Origin: an uncultured Candidatus Saccharibacteria bacterium
GTDB taxonomy: Bacteria > Patescibacteriota > Minisyncoccia > Phycocordibacterales > UBA12088
Assembly (NCBI GenBank): GCA_964383505.1
Contig: CAYLHB010000001.1
Span: forward strand, 1,232 to 65,231
Direction of reading: 5' to 3'
DNA: 64,000 nucleotides
Part shown: positions 47,942 to 58,736 of the stretch, one piece after another
Position numbering within the stretch: the first letter of the stretch is position 1
Layout of the letters: the number at the start of each line of letters is the position of its first letter
The notes under the pieces: model-generated
Database searches by the model: none
Seen by the model: only the letters and a program-made list of their open reading frames with translations
What the model was told of the DNA's origin: nothing
Position numbers and translations under genes: made by a program

Positions 47942-48433
47942 ATGCCAGCAAAAAAAGCACATGAAGACGAGGGGGCGGAGCTTGTGAAGTACGAGCTCGG
48001 CTATCACCTCGTACCGTCGCTCGGTCCCGATGACCTTGCGCTTCGTGTCGGTGAGCTCGAGAAGCTCGTGCGGAAGGCGGGCGGGGAGGTGTACGCGAAA
48101 GGCGCCCCCCAATCGTTCATCCTCGCCTATACGATGCGGCGCCAGCGGGGCGGGGCGTGGGATGCGTACGACACCTCGTTTTTCGGGTGGATGCGCTTCA
48201 CCGCACTGCGCGAGCGTATGCCCGACCTCAAGGCCGCCCTCGCAGAGAGTCCTTGGATTATCCGCTCACTCACACTTTCTCTCGACGGCTCGGAGGAGGA
48301 GGCACCGCGCCTCTTCAAACCGCAAACGGCACACGTGGAGCCCACCACTATCGCAAAGCGCGAGGTGAAGGAAGAAAAGGGTGAGGTGTCGGAAGAGGTA
48401 CTTGAAAAGCAGATCGAGGAGATGATAACGTAA
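47942..48433 (+). CDS. rpsF: 30S ribosomal protein S6 with acidic C-terminal extension
   Basis: YELGYHLVP...W...LAYTM pattern of S6. Immediately followed by ssb and rpsR (conserved rpsF-ssb-rpsR order). Confidence 0.75.
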   Translation: MPAKKAHEDEGAELVKYELGYHLVPSLGPDDLALRVGELEKLVRKAGGEVYAKGAPQSFILAYTMRRQRGGAWDAYDTSFFGWMRFTALRERMPDLKAALAESPWIIRSLTLSLDGSEEEAPRLFKPQTAHVEPTTIAKREVKEEKGEVSEEVLEKQIEEMIT

Positions 48434-48437
48434 GGGT

Positions 48438-48887
48438 ATGTACCTCAACAAAGTCTTCATCATCGGGAACCTCACACGCGATCCGGAGCTCAAGTCGCTC
48501 CCCTCGGGCATGCAGGTGGCCACGTTTTCACTCGCAACCAACCGTGTGTACCGCGACCGTGATGGCAACAAGCAGGAGGCGACCGAGTACCACAATATTG
48601 TAGCGTTTGGAAAGACCGGCGAGCTGTGCGCCCAGTTCCTCCGCAGGGGAGGGAGTGCACTCGTCGAGGGGCGCCTCCAGACGCGCTCCTGGGAGCAGGA
48701 GGGACAGAAGCGCTACCGCACCGAAATAGTCGCCGATAGGGTCCAGTTTGGAGACCGGCGCGGGCAGGGCGACGGGCAGGGGTCTACGGGAGGTGGGAAG
48801 TCCCCGGCGGCAGAAACCCCCAAGGGGAAAGAAGACATCATCGAGTACCCCGATGAAGACATCAATCCCGACGACATTCCATTTTAG
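48438..48887 (+). CDS. ssb: single-stranded DNA-binding protein
   Basis: MYLNKVFIIGNLTRDPEL...NIVAFGKTGE OB fold. G-rich linker. C-terminal acidic tip DDIPF. Confidence 0.9.
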   Translation: MYLNKVFIIGNLTRDPELKSLPSGMQVATFSLATNRVYRDRDGNKQEATEYHNIVAFGKTGELCAQFLRRGGSALVEGRLQTRSWEQEGQKRYRTEIVADRVQFGDRRGQGDGQGSTGGGKSPAAETPKGKEDIIEYPDEDINPDDIPF

Positions 48888-48896
48888 CAAGCACCA

Positions 48897-49118
48897 TTGA
48901 ACAGTATGACAGAACAAAACAAAACACGTCCAGACTTGCCGGCATCCATCCGCTATTTTGACTACAAGGACGCGGAAACGCTCAAGCGGTTCCTGAACCC
49001 CCACGGGCGCATTTTGTCGCGTAAGCAGACGAACCTTGCGGCGGTAAGCCAGCGACGACTCGCGATGGCGGTGAAGTATGCGCGCGAGATGGGCTTTCTC
49101 CCCTACGTGGCGAAGTAG
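48897..49118 (+). CDS. rpsR: 30S ribosomal protein S18
   Basis: IRYFDYKD...RILSRKQTNL...QRRLAMAVKYAREMGFLPY. Confidence 0.85.
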   Translation: MNSMTEQNKTRPDLPASIRYFDYKDAETLKRFLNPHGRILSRKQTNLAAVSQRRLAMAVKYAREMGFLPYVAK

Positions 49119-49196
49119 AGGTATCCGCACAGGAGTACGTGTGCCAAAAGCACCGCCCCCGGCGGTTTTTTTGGTTGCGTGCCCGCTTTCACCGCG

Positions 49197-49766
49197 TTAC
49201 CGCTTCTCGACGCGACCCACATAGGAGCCGGTTTCTGTGTTTATCTCGACCACATCGCCCGTATTGATAAAGAGTGGCGCGACCACGGTGGCACCCGTTT
49301 CGAGTACGATGGATTTCGTAGCACCCTGTGCGGTGTTGCCCCGTACGGCAGGCGCAGCTTCCTTGACCACAAAGGTCATTTTGACGGGTACCTCAACACC
49401 GATGATTTTATCATCAAAGAGCACGGCCTGGTACTCATCTTTTGGTTTCAAATATTGTTCTTTTCCTGCGATGAGCTCGGGCGAGAGCGCAAAGCGTTTT
49501 CCTGGATTCCCCGCCTCATGGAACCAGTACTCCCCCTTGCTCTCGTAGATGTAGATGATGGGACGCTTTTCAAGTGCGGCCTCCTCCACATTTTCATTTT
49601 GGTGGAAACTGTACTCGACCACCTTGCCGGTTTTGAGCCCCTTCATCTTGGTCGCATTGACCGGCTTTCGCTGTTGCATGCGAAAGACATGGTGTGAGAG
49701 CACCTTGTACGGCTCGTTGTTGTATACAATAACCTTGCCCGTGGTGATTTCGTTGTAGTTCAGCAT
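49197..49766 (-). CDS. efp: elongation factor P
   Basis: MLNYNEITTGKVIVYNNEPYKVLSHHVFRMQQRKPVNATKMKGLKTGKVVE (KOW domain plus OB domains). 189 aa. Confidence 0.9.
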   Translation of the reverse strand: MLNYNEITTGKVIVYNNEPYKVLSHHVFRMQQRKPVNATKMKGLKTGKVVEYSFHQNENVEEAALEKRPIIYIYESKGEYWFHEAGNPGKRFALSPELIAGKEQYLKPKDEYQAVLFDDKIIGVEVPVKMTFVVKEAAPAVRGNTAQGATKSIVLETGATVVAPLFINTGDVVEINTETGSYVGRVEKR

Positions 49767-49895
49767 AGTGGTCGGATTGTAGCCATTTTTCCATCGGTTG
49801 TCCACCTGTCCGACACAGGGGCGGGGTCTGTGGGCGACCACAGGTGGGCGTGGGTCGCGGCACCGTCGTGCGTCTCAGGGAAAAAAGTCTGAAGG

Positions 49896-50954
49896 TCAGA
49901 GCGAAACGAGTTGTGCACGCACCGCCTTGAGGAGCTCCTTCTCCACGTCCTTGTTTTCGCGCAAAAACGTGCGAGCCGCGTCGTACCCGCGTCCGAGCTT
50001 CACCTCGCCATACTGGTAGCTCGACCCGCTCTTGGTGACGAGATTGTACTTCTCCCCGAGTGCGAGGAGCTCACCCTCTCGGCTGATACCTTCGTTGTAC
50101 ATGAGGTCAAACTCGGTCACTCGGAAGGGCGGGGCGACTTTATTCTTCACGACCTTCACGCGGTGTCTGCCCCCCACGGTTTCCTCACCTTTCTTGATTT
50201 GCGCGATACGACGTATATCGAGGCGTACCGAGGTATAGAACTTGAGCGCCTTGCCTCCCGGCGTTGTTTCCGGGTTACCGAACATGACCCCAATCTGCAT
50301 GCGTATCTGGTTGATGAAGATGACCACCGTTTTTGACTTCGCCACAATGGCGGTGAGCTTTCGAAGCGCTTGGCTCATGAGTCGCGCCTGCTTACCGACG
50401 TGCTGTTGTCCCATTTCACCCTCTATTTCATCTCTGGGAGTAAGTGCCGCAACAGAGTCCACCACCACCACATCAATTTTTCCGGAACGCACGAGCGATT
50501 CGACAATCTCGAGCGCCTGCTCGCCGGTGTCCGGTTGGCTCACGAGGAGCTCCTCTGTCTTTACTCCAATCTTCTTTGCATACTCCGGGTCGAGTGCGTG
50601 CTCGGCATCAATGAAGGCGCAGATGCCACCCCTCTTTTGAGCTTCGGCGACCACATGTAGGGTGAGCGTAGTTTTGCCCGAGCTCTCGGGACCGAAAATC
50701 TCGATGATGCGTCCCCGCGGGTACCCCCCTATGCCGAGTGCCCAGTCGAGCCCCAATGAGCCGGAGGGCACCGCGTCCACGTTCACGCGTGGCGTCTCCC
50801 CGAGGGTCATAATCGCTTCCTCGCCAAACTTCGTTTTAATCTGGCGCAATGTGGCGGCGATTGTTTCCGTGCCGGCCGCAGCAGGAGCCGTATCTTGGTC
50901 GCGCTCATCAGGTGCAGTCTTCTTGCTTGCGGTGCGAGGTGTTTTCTTATTCAT
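49896..50954 (-). CDS. recA: recombinase RecA (with ~25-aa N-terminal extension)
   Basis: [19 protein letters not shown] (Walker A), the L1/L2 loops, and [19 protein letters not shown]. Confidence 0.9.
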   Translation of the reverse strand: MNKKTPRTASKKTAPDERDQDTAPAAAGTETIAATLRQIKTKFGEEAIMTLGETPRVNVDAVPSGSLGLDWALGIGGYPRGRIIEIFGPESSGKTTLTLHVVAEAQKRGGICAFIDAEHALDPEYAKKIGVKTEELLVSQPDTGEQALEIVESLVRSGKIDVVVVDSVAALTPRDEIEGEMGQQHVGKQARLMSQALRKLTAIVAKSKTVVIFINQIRMQIGVMFGNPETTPGGKALKFYTSVRLDIRRIAQIKKGEETVGGRHRVKVVKNKVAPPFRVTEFDLMYNEGISREGELLALGEKYNLVTKSGSSYQYGEVKLGRGYDAARTFLRENKDVEKELLKAVRAQLVSL

Positions 50955-50957
50955 AAA

Positions 50958-51380
50958 TTAGTAGTGAGTGATATATTGTGTGGGTGCAGTGCTGGTCGCG
51001 ACGACCTCTTGCAGGCGTGGGTCTCCGAAAAATACGACCCGCTCTTCGCGGTGCCGGTCGAACCGGTCGGTCACCCCTACGCGAAATACCGCGTAGCCGC
51101 GAGGCACGAGCGCGAGCTCCGAAAACTTTCCATCGGGGTCTGTGTATATCTTACGCCCATTGAGCGTGATGTGGGAAATGTTCTTTGCGGTGCCCTCGAC
51201 CGTGGTGAGCACACCTCGCACGGTCTCGCCCTGCCGGGGGTTCTCTATCGTGATCTGTGGTCCTGCGAGGAGCGCCCGTGCTTGAAACAGCCCATACGCG
51301 ATGCAAAGTGCAACCAACAGACCCGCGAGCCACATGCTCCACCGCTCCCCATTTCGTTCGAGTGTAAGCGCGGTAGCCAT
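50958..51380 (-). CDS. hypothetical membrane-anchored protein
   Basis: TM segment WLAGLLVALCIAYGLF followed by a beta-rich domain. The ATG at 51380 is preferred over the TTG at 51407. Confidence 0.4.
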   Translation of the reverse strand: MATALTLERNGERWSMWLAGLLVALCIAYGLFQARALLAGPQITIENPRQGETVRGVLTTVEGTAKNISHITLNGRKIYTDPDGKFSELALVPRGYAVFRVGVTDRFDRHREERVVFFGDPRLQEVVATSTAPTQYITHY

Positions 51381-51384
51381 TGCG

Positions 51385-53637
51385 TTAGTCGCCCGCCCCC
51401 CCCGCAAAGCCGGAGGGAGGGGGAATGAGTACCTCGCGCGCCTTACTCCCGTTTTGCGGGCCTATTACCCCTCGCTCCTCAAGGAGGTCCATCACCCGCG
51501 CCGCTCGCCCGTACCCTATCGAGAGCTTTCTCTGCAGAAGTGAGGTCGATGCTTTTTGTTCCATCACGACAAGCTGTCGCGCCTGTTCGAATATCTCATC
51601 GTCGCCCCCTTCGCTCGGCATCAGGTCATCAAGCGCGATACTTGCACCCTCCGTGTCTTTTGTCGTACCCTCCGCCTCACTCTGCCCGAGCTCGAGTGGG
51701 GATTCAAGTGGCGCATCGTTGTGTTTGGTGAGGTACTGCACCACTTTCTTCACCTCAGCCTCGGTGATGAAGGGCGACTGGAGTCGGCGAGGCTTACTCA
51801 TATCGGAAGAGAGGTAGAGCAGGTCGCCCGCGCCGAGCAGTTTTTCCGCCCCCGGCTGGTCGAGAATAGTGCGCGAGTCTATCTGGCTTGCCACCTGGAG
51901 CGCCAAACGGAAGGGAACATTCGCTTTGATGAGGCCGGTGATGACGTTTACGGAGGGACGCTGGGTCGAGAGGATAAGGTGTATGCCCGACGCGCGTGCC
52001 ATCTGGGCGAGGCGCACAATGGCCCCCTCAAGGTCTCTCGGGTACGCCTGCATGATGTCCGCGAGCTCGTCAATGACGATGACGATGTGCGGTATGCTCT
52101 CCGGAAGTTCGCTTTCCTCGCTCCCCTTGCGCTTGGTGGCCTTCTCAAGAGCCGGAGAGAGAATGCTCGAGTGGTAGCTCGCGATATCGCGCACCTTGAG
52201 CTCACCGAAAAGCTCCAGTCGTCGCTCCATCTCTTTTGCCGCCCACCGTAAGGCGCCGATGGTCTTGCGCGCATCGGTGATAACCGGTGTGAGGAGGTGG
52301 GGAATCCCGTTGTAGAGGGTGAGCTCGACCCGCTTGGGGTCAACGAGGATGAGGCGGAGGCGCTGGGGTCCGTTGCGGTAGAGAAGTGAGGTGATAAGTG
52401 CGTGGATGGTCACCGACTTTCCCGCACCGGTTGCACCCGCCACGAGCGCGTGGGGCATCTTGCTTATGTCAGCATAATGGGGGCTTCCCGTGATGTCGCG
52501 ACCGAGTGCCACGAGGAGTGGCTTGGGGTTGTCGGAGAACGCGGGGTCTTCCAAAAGTCGCCCAAGCCCCACCACTGTCTTGTCCGTGTTCGGCACTTCG
52601 ATGCCGACGAGCGATTTGCCGGGTATGGGAGCTTCGATGCGCAGTGAAGGCGCCGCGAGCGCGAGCTCAAGGTTTTTTTGCAAACCCTCGATACGTTCCA
52701 GTCGCACCCCCTCGGCGGGTTTGAGTGCGTAGCGGGTCACCGTAGGTCCCACGGTGATTTCGTCCATTTCCACACGGATACCGAAGTTTTGAAGTGTGCG
52801 TTTGATGATAATTTGTTTCGCCTTGGTGTCGCCAGTCACCGGCTTTCCTCGGTCTCGCTCCAGTATCGAGAGTGGGGGAGGCGTGTATGTGTCGAGGAGG
52901 GCAGGGTTTGCACGTCCACTCGTCCCTCCCGAGACAACCAGTTCTTCAAACGGCTGGTCGCTCGGTTGGGCACGAGGAGCGGGTGGCACCTCCTCCTCAG
53001 TCAACTCCGGCGTGCGTTCATCAACCGTCACTGTGGGCGCATTCTCCGGCGGGAGTGCGACGACGACCGTTGGCTCGTCGTCGTCATCTTCAGCGTGCGT
53101 GCGTGTACGTTCAAACATGCGCGCAATCGCCCGACCCACCCCAAACCATACTTTCGCATCGAATAGAAGCACGAGCGCAATGAAGAGGAGCGCGGTGAGC
53201 ACCACGAGTGCCGCCGCACGTTCAAGTGCAGAGACGAGGGCGTACCCCACCCCAAATCCCACGATTCCCCCCTCATTCGGCACAACAATGTGCACAATGC
53301 CGAGAAGGGTCGCAACAAACAATGTGCCTCCGCATGCACGTATGACGTCAACGCGCGATCCCGGCACGCGTCGAGCGAAAAGGAGCACACCAAAGCCGAT
53401 AAAAAGTGGGGGGAGTATGTAGTACCCGACACCAAACACGTAGGTGAGCCCGGTATACATGTAGTGTCCGACGGTTCCTGCAAGCCCAAGCGCCGCGAGC
53501 CCCACCAGCGTGCCCAAAAGTATAAGCACAATGCCGAATATGAGTCGCACAGAATCGCGACCGATATCATCTATAAGTGAACCACGCGTATCGGGAGATG
53601 TAGACTTCTTCTCTTGCGCGGTGGCTTTTTTACCCAT
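51385..53637 (-). CDS. ftsK: DNA translocase FtsK/SpoIIIE
   Basis: N-terminal 4-TM domain, P/E-rich linker, motor domain with LVAGATGAGKSV (Walker A), and a C-terminal gamma wHTH (LVVMEQKASTSLLQRKLSIGYGRAARVMDLLEERGVIGP). Confidence 0.9.
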   Translation of the reverse strand: MGKKATAQEKKSTSPDTRGSLIDDIGRDSVRLIFGIVLILLGTLVGLAALGLAGTVGHYMYTGLTYVFGVGYYILPPLFIGFGVLLFARRVPGSRVDVIRACGGTLFVATLLGIVHIVVPNEGGIVGFGVGYALVSALERAAALVVLTALLFIALVLLFDAKVWFGVGRAIARMFERTRTHAEDDDDEPTVVVALPPENAPTVTVDERTPELTEEEVPPAPRAQPSDQPFEELVVSGGTSGRANPALLDTYTPPPLSILERDRGKPVTGDTKAKQIIIKRTLQNFGIRVEMDEITVGPTVTRYALKPAEGVRLERIEGLQKNLELALAAPSLRIEAPIPGKSLVGIEVPNTDKTVVGLGRLLEDPAFSDNPKPLLVALGRDITGSPHYADISKMPHALVAGATGAGKSVTIHALITSLLYRNGPQRLRLILVDPKRVELTLYNGIPHLLTPVITDARKTIGALRWAAKEMERRLELFGELKVRDIASYHSSILSPALEKATKRKGSEESELPESIPHIVIVIDELADIMQAYPRDLEGAIVRLAQMARASGIHLILSTQRPSVNVITGLIKANVPFRLALQVASQIDSRTILDQPGAEKLLGAGDLLYLSSDMSKPRRLQSPFITEAEVKKVVQYLTKHNDAPLESPLELGQSEAEGTTKDTEGASIALDDLMPSEGGDDEIFEQARQLVVMEQKASTSLLQRKLSIGYGRAARVMDLLEERGVIGPQNGSKAREVLIPPPSGFAGGAGD

Positions 53638-54049
53638 CGTGAAATAATACCACGTAATGAAAGAAGAAAATAAATCAAAAAGTGCATGACCAAGGGCTCA
53701 CACCATCACGAGCTAACTTTCGAAATATCGCTTTGTGCCTGCGGAGCGTTGTGCCAAAAAGAAGACTGAGACGTGGCCAAACGGCACGGTGTGGTCTTCT
53801 TTTTAACACGGCGTGGAGCGTCTGCAGGTGAGCGTTGCTGGTGTCCAAAATAACAATGAACTGGTTGTATGTGGATGACAGTGACTTGCACAAAGTACAC
53901 CACAACAAAATGTTGCAAGTATAAGGACACGGCGTATACTTCTACGTACCGCCAACGAGCAAGTAAAAGACACATGCAGTACACATATGTCCGTATAATC
54001 CATACATATAAGCCATTGTTGTGTCCCTTACAAAAAAGTAGCGGTCATA

Positions 54050-54838
54050 ATGAACTCAAACAATACAAGCTTCGCTTCAGAATTTGTCGATGTTAAAGAC
54101 AAATCGCATGGTGGCTACATAGTTGAAAAGACAAAACGTATAGCCGCCGCACTTGTGCTGGTCGCTAAAACAGCCGGTGAAAGGGACGAGCTATCTAAGG
54201 GACTCCGTGCATGCGCGGTACGTCTCATAAAGAACGTCCATTATGGAGGGGTGCACATCAAGGAGGAGGTGCGTGCGACATGCGAGTACTGTGCGTCACT
54301 CGTTGAGGCCGCGTGCCTATCCGGCTCAATTTCGAACATGAATGCGACGATACTCTTGTTTGAACTGGACTGTTTGAAAAAAGATGTAGGCGTGTTTCGT
54401 GCCGATGAATGGGTGGGACGCCTTGAAGAAAACTTCTTTTCCGTCGCACGCCCCACTGAGGACACGAGTGCACACGAAACGGGTGCTGGCAGGTGGGTAG
54501 GCGACATTCGGTATAAAGGACATGAAAAGGACGGTCAAAATGGGAGTATGGGTCGTTTACCTCAAGTAGTGCAAAGGTCACGTAACGAACAGGGTAATGG
54601 ACGAGTGGGAAGCAAGCCACTGGGTGCATCGGACGGGTATGTTGACGCAAAGAAAGACAGAAGAGCTACTATACTCGGTATTCTACAGAAAAAGGACAGA
54701 ATTAATGTGAAGGACGTTGCGAGTGTTGTAAAGGACTGCTCGGAAAAAACACTGCAACGGGAACTCCTTGCGCTCGTGGCGCAGGGTGTCCTTAAAAAAG
54801 AGGGGGAGAAGCGCTGGAGCACGTACGCGCTTGTGTAG
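54050..54838 (+). CDS. hypothetical protein with C-terminal winged-helix-like DNA-binding domain
   Basis: C-terminus ILGILQKKDRINVKDVASVVKDCSEKTLQRELLALVAQGVLKKEGEKRWSTYAL resembles a wHTH. The N-domain has no recognisable motif. Confidence 0.45.
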   Translation: MNSNNTSFASEFVDVKDKSHGGYIVEKTKRIAAALVLVAKTAGERDELSKGLRACAVRLIKNVHYGGVHIKEEVRATCEYCASLVEAACLSGSISNMNATILLFELDCLKKDVGVFRADEWVGRLEENFFSVARPTEDTSAHETGAGRWVGDIRYKGHEKDGQNGSMGRLPQVVQRSRNEQGNGRVGSKPLGASDGYVDAKKDRRATILGILQKKDRINVKDVASVVKDCSEKTLQRELLALVAQGVLKKEGEKRWSTYALV

Positions 54839-55760
54839 TGTGCGTTGTGCGTAGCGCTGGAGGTGTGGTGTGAGAGTTGAGAGCTAGTATGTTGCTGTGT
54901 GGCGCTTTTTGACAATAGCCACTCTTTGTTTTGTGTAGTTTTCTCACGTAAGTCGTTTCAACTGGCATCGTCTGCATCTACAGTGGGTCAATGCTTTTTT
55001 GTAGTGCGGTACGTGAAAGAAAAGTTTCAATGTACCGCACAAGGATATATGGAAAGCGCAAGTTGACCCAGCAATTGGGCTGTGCGATGCTTTCTTACTG
55101 GTGCTCCTGCAACATGGTTGAAGCGGTAGCACTGGTTATCCACACGACTTCTTTGGTTGAAAGCGTTGAGTGCCCTATAATTTTGGGTACCACCGTGGGG
55201 CGGTATGTAGATGCGTACGTGTGGTGTGTACGTTGACAATTTCATATTCGACACTGAACACAACAAGGCATGCATGCGCCTTTGTGTGATTGAATAGCAT
55301 GCAAAATTGATACTGCATGACCTTCTCCTGTCGCACGAACGTGCGATGTGCGGGTGCGAATGGTAGGTACATCGGTCCTACATGTTTGGAACCAACGTTG
55401 TGAAGGTGTGGTCACCATAAAATGTGCGCACAGCTTTACAACACGTGTTGGTGGTTCATGCGCGAGCGCGCATGAACATACTAGCTTTATTAGCCGTGCA
55501 ATCCTTGTGGCTTTGCCACGAGGATGCACATAGGTTGAGAATCGGCGGCGGCCGATTCGTAAGCTAAAAAACCGCCCCGGTGCCGAGCGCCATACAGTTC
55601 TATACTCTATACTTTTGGGTATGCAACAGGGTGTGGTAGGCGCGAGGCCGGTTTTATAAGCGTGTTGCGCATTACACGGCGCGACACAAAATCTCCTTTC
55701 CGTGGCACAAGCCCTTTACAAGCTAACTGCCCGTGGGGAGGGGTAACACTTAGTAACAAC

Positions 55761-57857
55761 ATGACGAAAACGTTAACGCTCAATAAGATTGCCGCAGGCC
55801 TCGTGGCTGTTGCGATGATCGCGGGTCTCTCGTTTGCGTTCGCTGCACAGCGCGCGCACGCGGTCACCCTTTCCGAGCTTGTCGAGCTCTTCATTGCCCT
55901 CGAGATAATTCCAGAGGACAAGGCGGAGCAGGCTCGCGCAGTCCTCGAAGAGGAAGGTGAAGAGGAAACAACGGGTGGCTCAATGATGGGTTGCTCGTAC
56001 AATTTTACTCGTGACCTTAAGGTTGGGGCATCTGGCGCAGATGTGATGGATCTTCAAAAGTTCTTAAACATGGATCCTACAACGCAAGTCGCGGCTACAG
56101 GACCTGGTTCAAAGGGTGCAGAGACCTCAACATTCGGTCCGCTTACGGCGTCTGCGGTGACAAAGTTCCAGGAAAAGTACATGGCTGATATACTGACTCC
56201 GCTTGGTCTGACGAAGGGCACAGGATTTTTCGGTGCTTCGACTCGCGCGAAGGCAAATGCGATTTGCGCGTCTGCACCTGAAGCACCCGAGATGCCTGAC
56301 GACGAAGAGGGCGAGGAAGGCGAAGAAGGTTCAGAAGATGATGACGAGGAACTCGATGGTGGTGAGGCATCGCTCGAGGACTTCGATGCGCTCTCGACTC
56401 CTTCAGATGAGGAGCTTGCTGAGGGTGATTCCGAGGTTGCGGTGTTTGGTTTTGAATTTGACGTCGAAGATGGCGATGCGGAAGTGAATCGCATTGACGT
56501 TAACTTCGATGCGCAGTCAAACTCCGAGTTTGGTGGTGTTGCTGAGGATGAGCCATGGAACACAATTGAGGCAGTCCAGCTTTGGAGTGGCGATGAAATG
56601 ATCGCAGAAGAGGATGCAGACAGTGAAGATGACTGGAGCGACAAGGGTAGTGATGTGTACCAACTTCGATTCTCTGGACTCGAAGAAGTCATTAACGAAG
56701 GAGAGACCGCGGAATTCACTGTATCTGTGACGATACAAGATGTTGATGACAGCGATCTTGACCAGACATGGAAAGTGTGGGTACCCGCCAACGGTGTTCG
56801 TGCACGTGACGGTGCTGGCATTGATCAATACACGGGTTCTGACAGTGAGTTCGAAACATTCGATGTTGAGCAGGCGGGAAGTGACACGGAGCTTAAACTC
56901 ACCACCTCGTCTTCTAATCCGAAGGCCTCTACTGTCAAGGTGGACACGGAGAACACGACAGACGATGTGACGGTGCTCGTGTTTGAGGTTGAAGCTGAAG
57001 ACGGTGAGATTACCCTCAACGACCTTCTCTTCTACGCAACCACTTCAACATCTGTAATCAGTGGCGTGGTAAGCGATGCGACACTTGAGCTTGATGGTAA
57101 CGTGGTTGGTGACCTCGCGTGGGATGACGACTGTAACGGTACCGCAAACGGAACTGGTGCATCCTCGTTTAGTTGTATGCTCTTCGATCTTGAGGAGGAG
57201 GACGATGAACTTACACTTGAGAAGGACGAAAAGATCACAGGTAAACTCATGATTGATCTTAAGAAGACACAGGGCAATTACCCGAATGGTACGACTGTAG
57301 AGTTTGACGTTCGTGAGGCTGATCGAAACGCATGGGAGGTTGAAGATGTAAATGGCGACTCACTCGCATCTGGTGATAGAACCGGCACTGCAAATGGCGA
57401 GCGCCACACACTTCAGAGCGAAGGTTTGTTTGCTGAGATAATCTCCATCGAGGAGGTAAAGACGGCTGGTGACAACAACGCAAACGACTCGGGTGACTTC
57501 AAAATTAAGTTTGATGTCTCCGCGTTTGATGATACGTTCTACATCAGCGCAACGACCTCAGCGGCAACTACGTTTACCTACCGTGTAGAGGATGGCAGTG
57601 GTAGCACGGTATCCACAACAACATCGGCTGCTGTTTCTTCGACGGCGACCAAGGAGGGTGATTCGTACAGAATTGATGATGGTGATACGGAAGAGTTTAC
57701 TCTTACCGTTACCCTCAATCCTGACTTGACGAACTACTATCGCATTGAGCTCGACAGCTTCTTGTACGGAACGTCGGCAACGAACCCTGGTAGTGCTTCG
57801 CACACCGCGGCTCCGGACGAGGACTTCGAGTCTGATGTCCTCTACCTCAACAAATAA
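55761..57857 (+). CDS. secreted acidic surface protein with N-terminal peptidoglycan-binding (PG_binding_1-like) domain
   Basis: Signal peptide MTKTLTLNKIAAGLVAVAMIAGLSFAFAAQRAHA. PGBD-like ASGADVMDLQKFLN...AVTKFQEKY. Long D/E-rich linker and beta-rich repeats. Confidence 0.6.
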   Translation: MTKTLTLNKIAAGLVAVAMIAGLSFAFAAQRAHAVTLSELVELFIALEIIPEDKAEQARAVLEEEGEEETTGGSMMGCSYNFTRDLKVGASGADVMDLQKFLNMDPTTQVAATGPGSKGAETSTFGPLTASAVTKFQEKYMADILTPLGLTKGTGFFGASTRAKANAICASAPEAPEMPDDEEGEEGEEGSEDDDEELDGGEASLEDFDALSTPSDEELAEGDSEVAVFGFEFDVEDGDAEVNRIDVNFDAQSNSEFGGVAEDEPWNTIEAVQLWSGDEMIAEEDADSEDDWSDKGSDVYQLRFSGLEEVINEGETAEFTVSVTIQDVDDSDLDQTWKVWVPANGVRARDGAGIDQYTGSDSEFETFDVEQAGSDTELKLTTSSSNPKASTVKVDTENTTDDVTVLVFEVEAEDGEITLNDLLFYATTSTSVISGVVSDATLELDGNVVGDLAWDDDCNGTANGTGASSFSCMLFDLEEEDDELTLEKDEKITGKLMIDLKKTQGNYPNGTTVEFDVREADRNAWEVEDVNGDSLASGDRTGTANGERHTLQSEGLFAEIISIEEVKTAGDNNANDSGDFKIKFDVSAFDDTFYISATTSAATTFTYRVEDGSGSTVSTTTSAAVSSTATKEGDSYRIDDGDTEEFTLTVTLNPDLTNYYRIELDSFLYGTSATNPGSASHTAAPDEDFESDVLYLNK

Positions 57858-57910
57858 GTTGAGTGAAGATGGACTGACGTACGTCTAAAACGCGCGCTCA
57901 GTACACGGCA

Positions 57911-57944
57911 AACCCCCTCCCATTTCGGGCAGGGGGTTTTGTCG
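57911..57944 (+). terminator. intrinsic terminator after the surface-protein gene
   Basis: AACCCCCTCCC-ATTTCG-GGCAGGGGGTTTTGTCGTT. Confidence 0.55.
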
Positions 57945-57984
57945 TTCCCACTAATTAAATCAACCAAATTAAACCCCAAGATTT

Positions 57985-58026
57985 AAAGGTACCCGGTCTC
58001 TTTATTTAAAGGGACGGGGTACCTTT
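57985..58026. repeat. palindromic element AAAGGTACCCGGTCTCTTTATTTAAAGGGACGGGGTACCTTT (copy 1 of a 23-nt repeated motif)
   Basis: Near-perfect 11-bp inverted repeat. The 5' 23 nt recur at 59443-59465. Confidence 0.5.
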
Positions 58027-58076
58027 AACGGTCGGTGATCTAAAATAAATCAACTTAGTGGATTATTGATCGGGGT

Positions 58077-58736
58077 GTGGAGAGCCGTGCTACGATGGCT
58101 CTACGTGGTGGTGAGTTATTTGAAACGGATAGGACTCTCAGAACTACGCACGCGTTTAATTGCATGACACAGTGGCATGACATAGCCTCATTGCGAGGGT
58201 GGAGGTACCGCAATACATTCATGCTTGTGCTGAGTATTGTTGTGCTCGTGCTTGTGCTCCAGAGTGCACAGGTCCGAGATTGGCTGGACGGTTTATACCA
58301 GTATGGGTATATCGGGGCCTTTGTCGCAGGCATATTTTTCGTCTCGACCTTTACCGTTGCGCCTGCCGGTGTGGTGCTGTTTTCATTGGGTGCCCACTTG
58401 CACCCGATACTCCTCGCGTTCACTGCAGGCATTGGAGCGGTCGTAGGTGACTACCTCATACTACGTTTCTTCAAAGATAAGGTGTATGAGGAGGTGCGTC
58501 CGCTCTTTGCTCGCTTCCGAGGGTCATACATTGAGGGGATTTTCAAAACCCCCTACTTTGCATGGCTCATTCCAGTTATCGGGGCGGCGGTGATAGCATC
58601 TCCATTGCCCGACGAGATAGGGGTAGGTTTACTCGGAAGCAGTAAGCTACCGACGTGGCAATTTGTGGTACTCACCTTTACGCTCAACACGCTCGGCATT
58701 CTCATTATTGTCAGCGCGTCTCGTGCCATTGCGTGA
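58077..58736 (+). CDS. DedA/SNARE-associated (TVP38/TMEM64-like) family membrane protein (start uncertain)
   Basis: Multi-TM. DedA-like core FTVAPAGVVLFSLGAHLHPILLAFTAGIGAVVGDYLILRFFKDKV. Confidence 0.5.
   Translation: MESRATMALRGGELFETDRTLRTTHAFNCMTQWHDIASLRGWRYRNTFMLVLSIVVLVLVLQSAQVRDWLDGLYQYGYIGAFVAGIFFVSTFTVAPAGVVLFSLGAHLHPILLAFTAGIGAVVGDYLILRFFKDKVYEEVRPLFARFRGSYIEGIFKTPYFAWLIPVIGAAVIASPLPDEIGVGLLGSSKLPTWQFVVLTFTLNTLGILIIVSASRAIA

Noticed and set aside
51396-51403. C8 (G8 on the coding strand) run at the ftsK 3' end / start of the downstream gene
   Set aside because: It affects only the last 3-4 codons (GGAGD*) of FtsK. Plausibly neutral; not flagged as a switch without read evidence.
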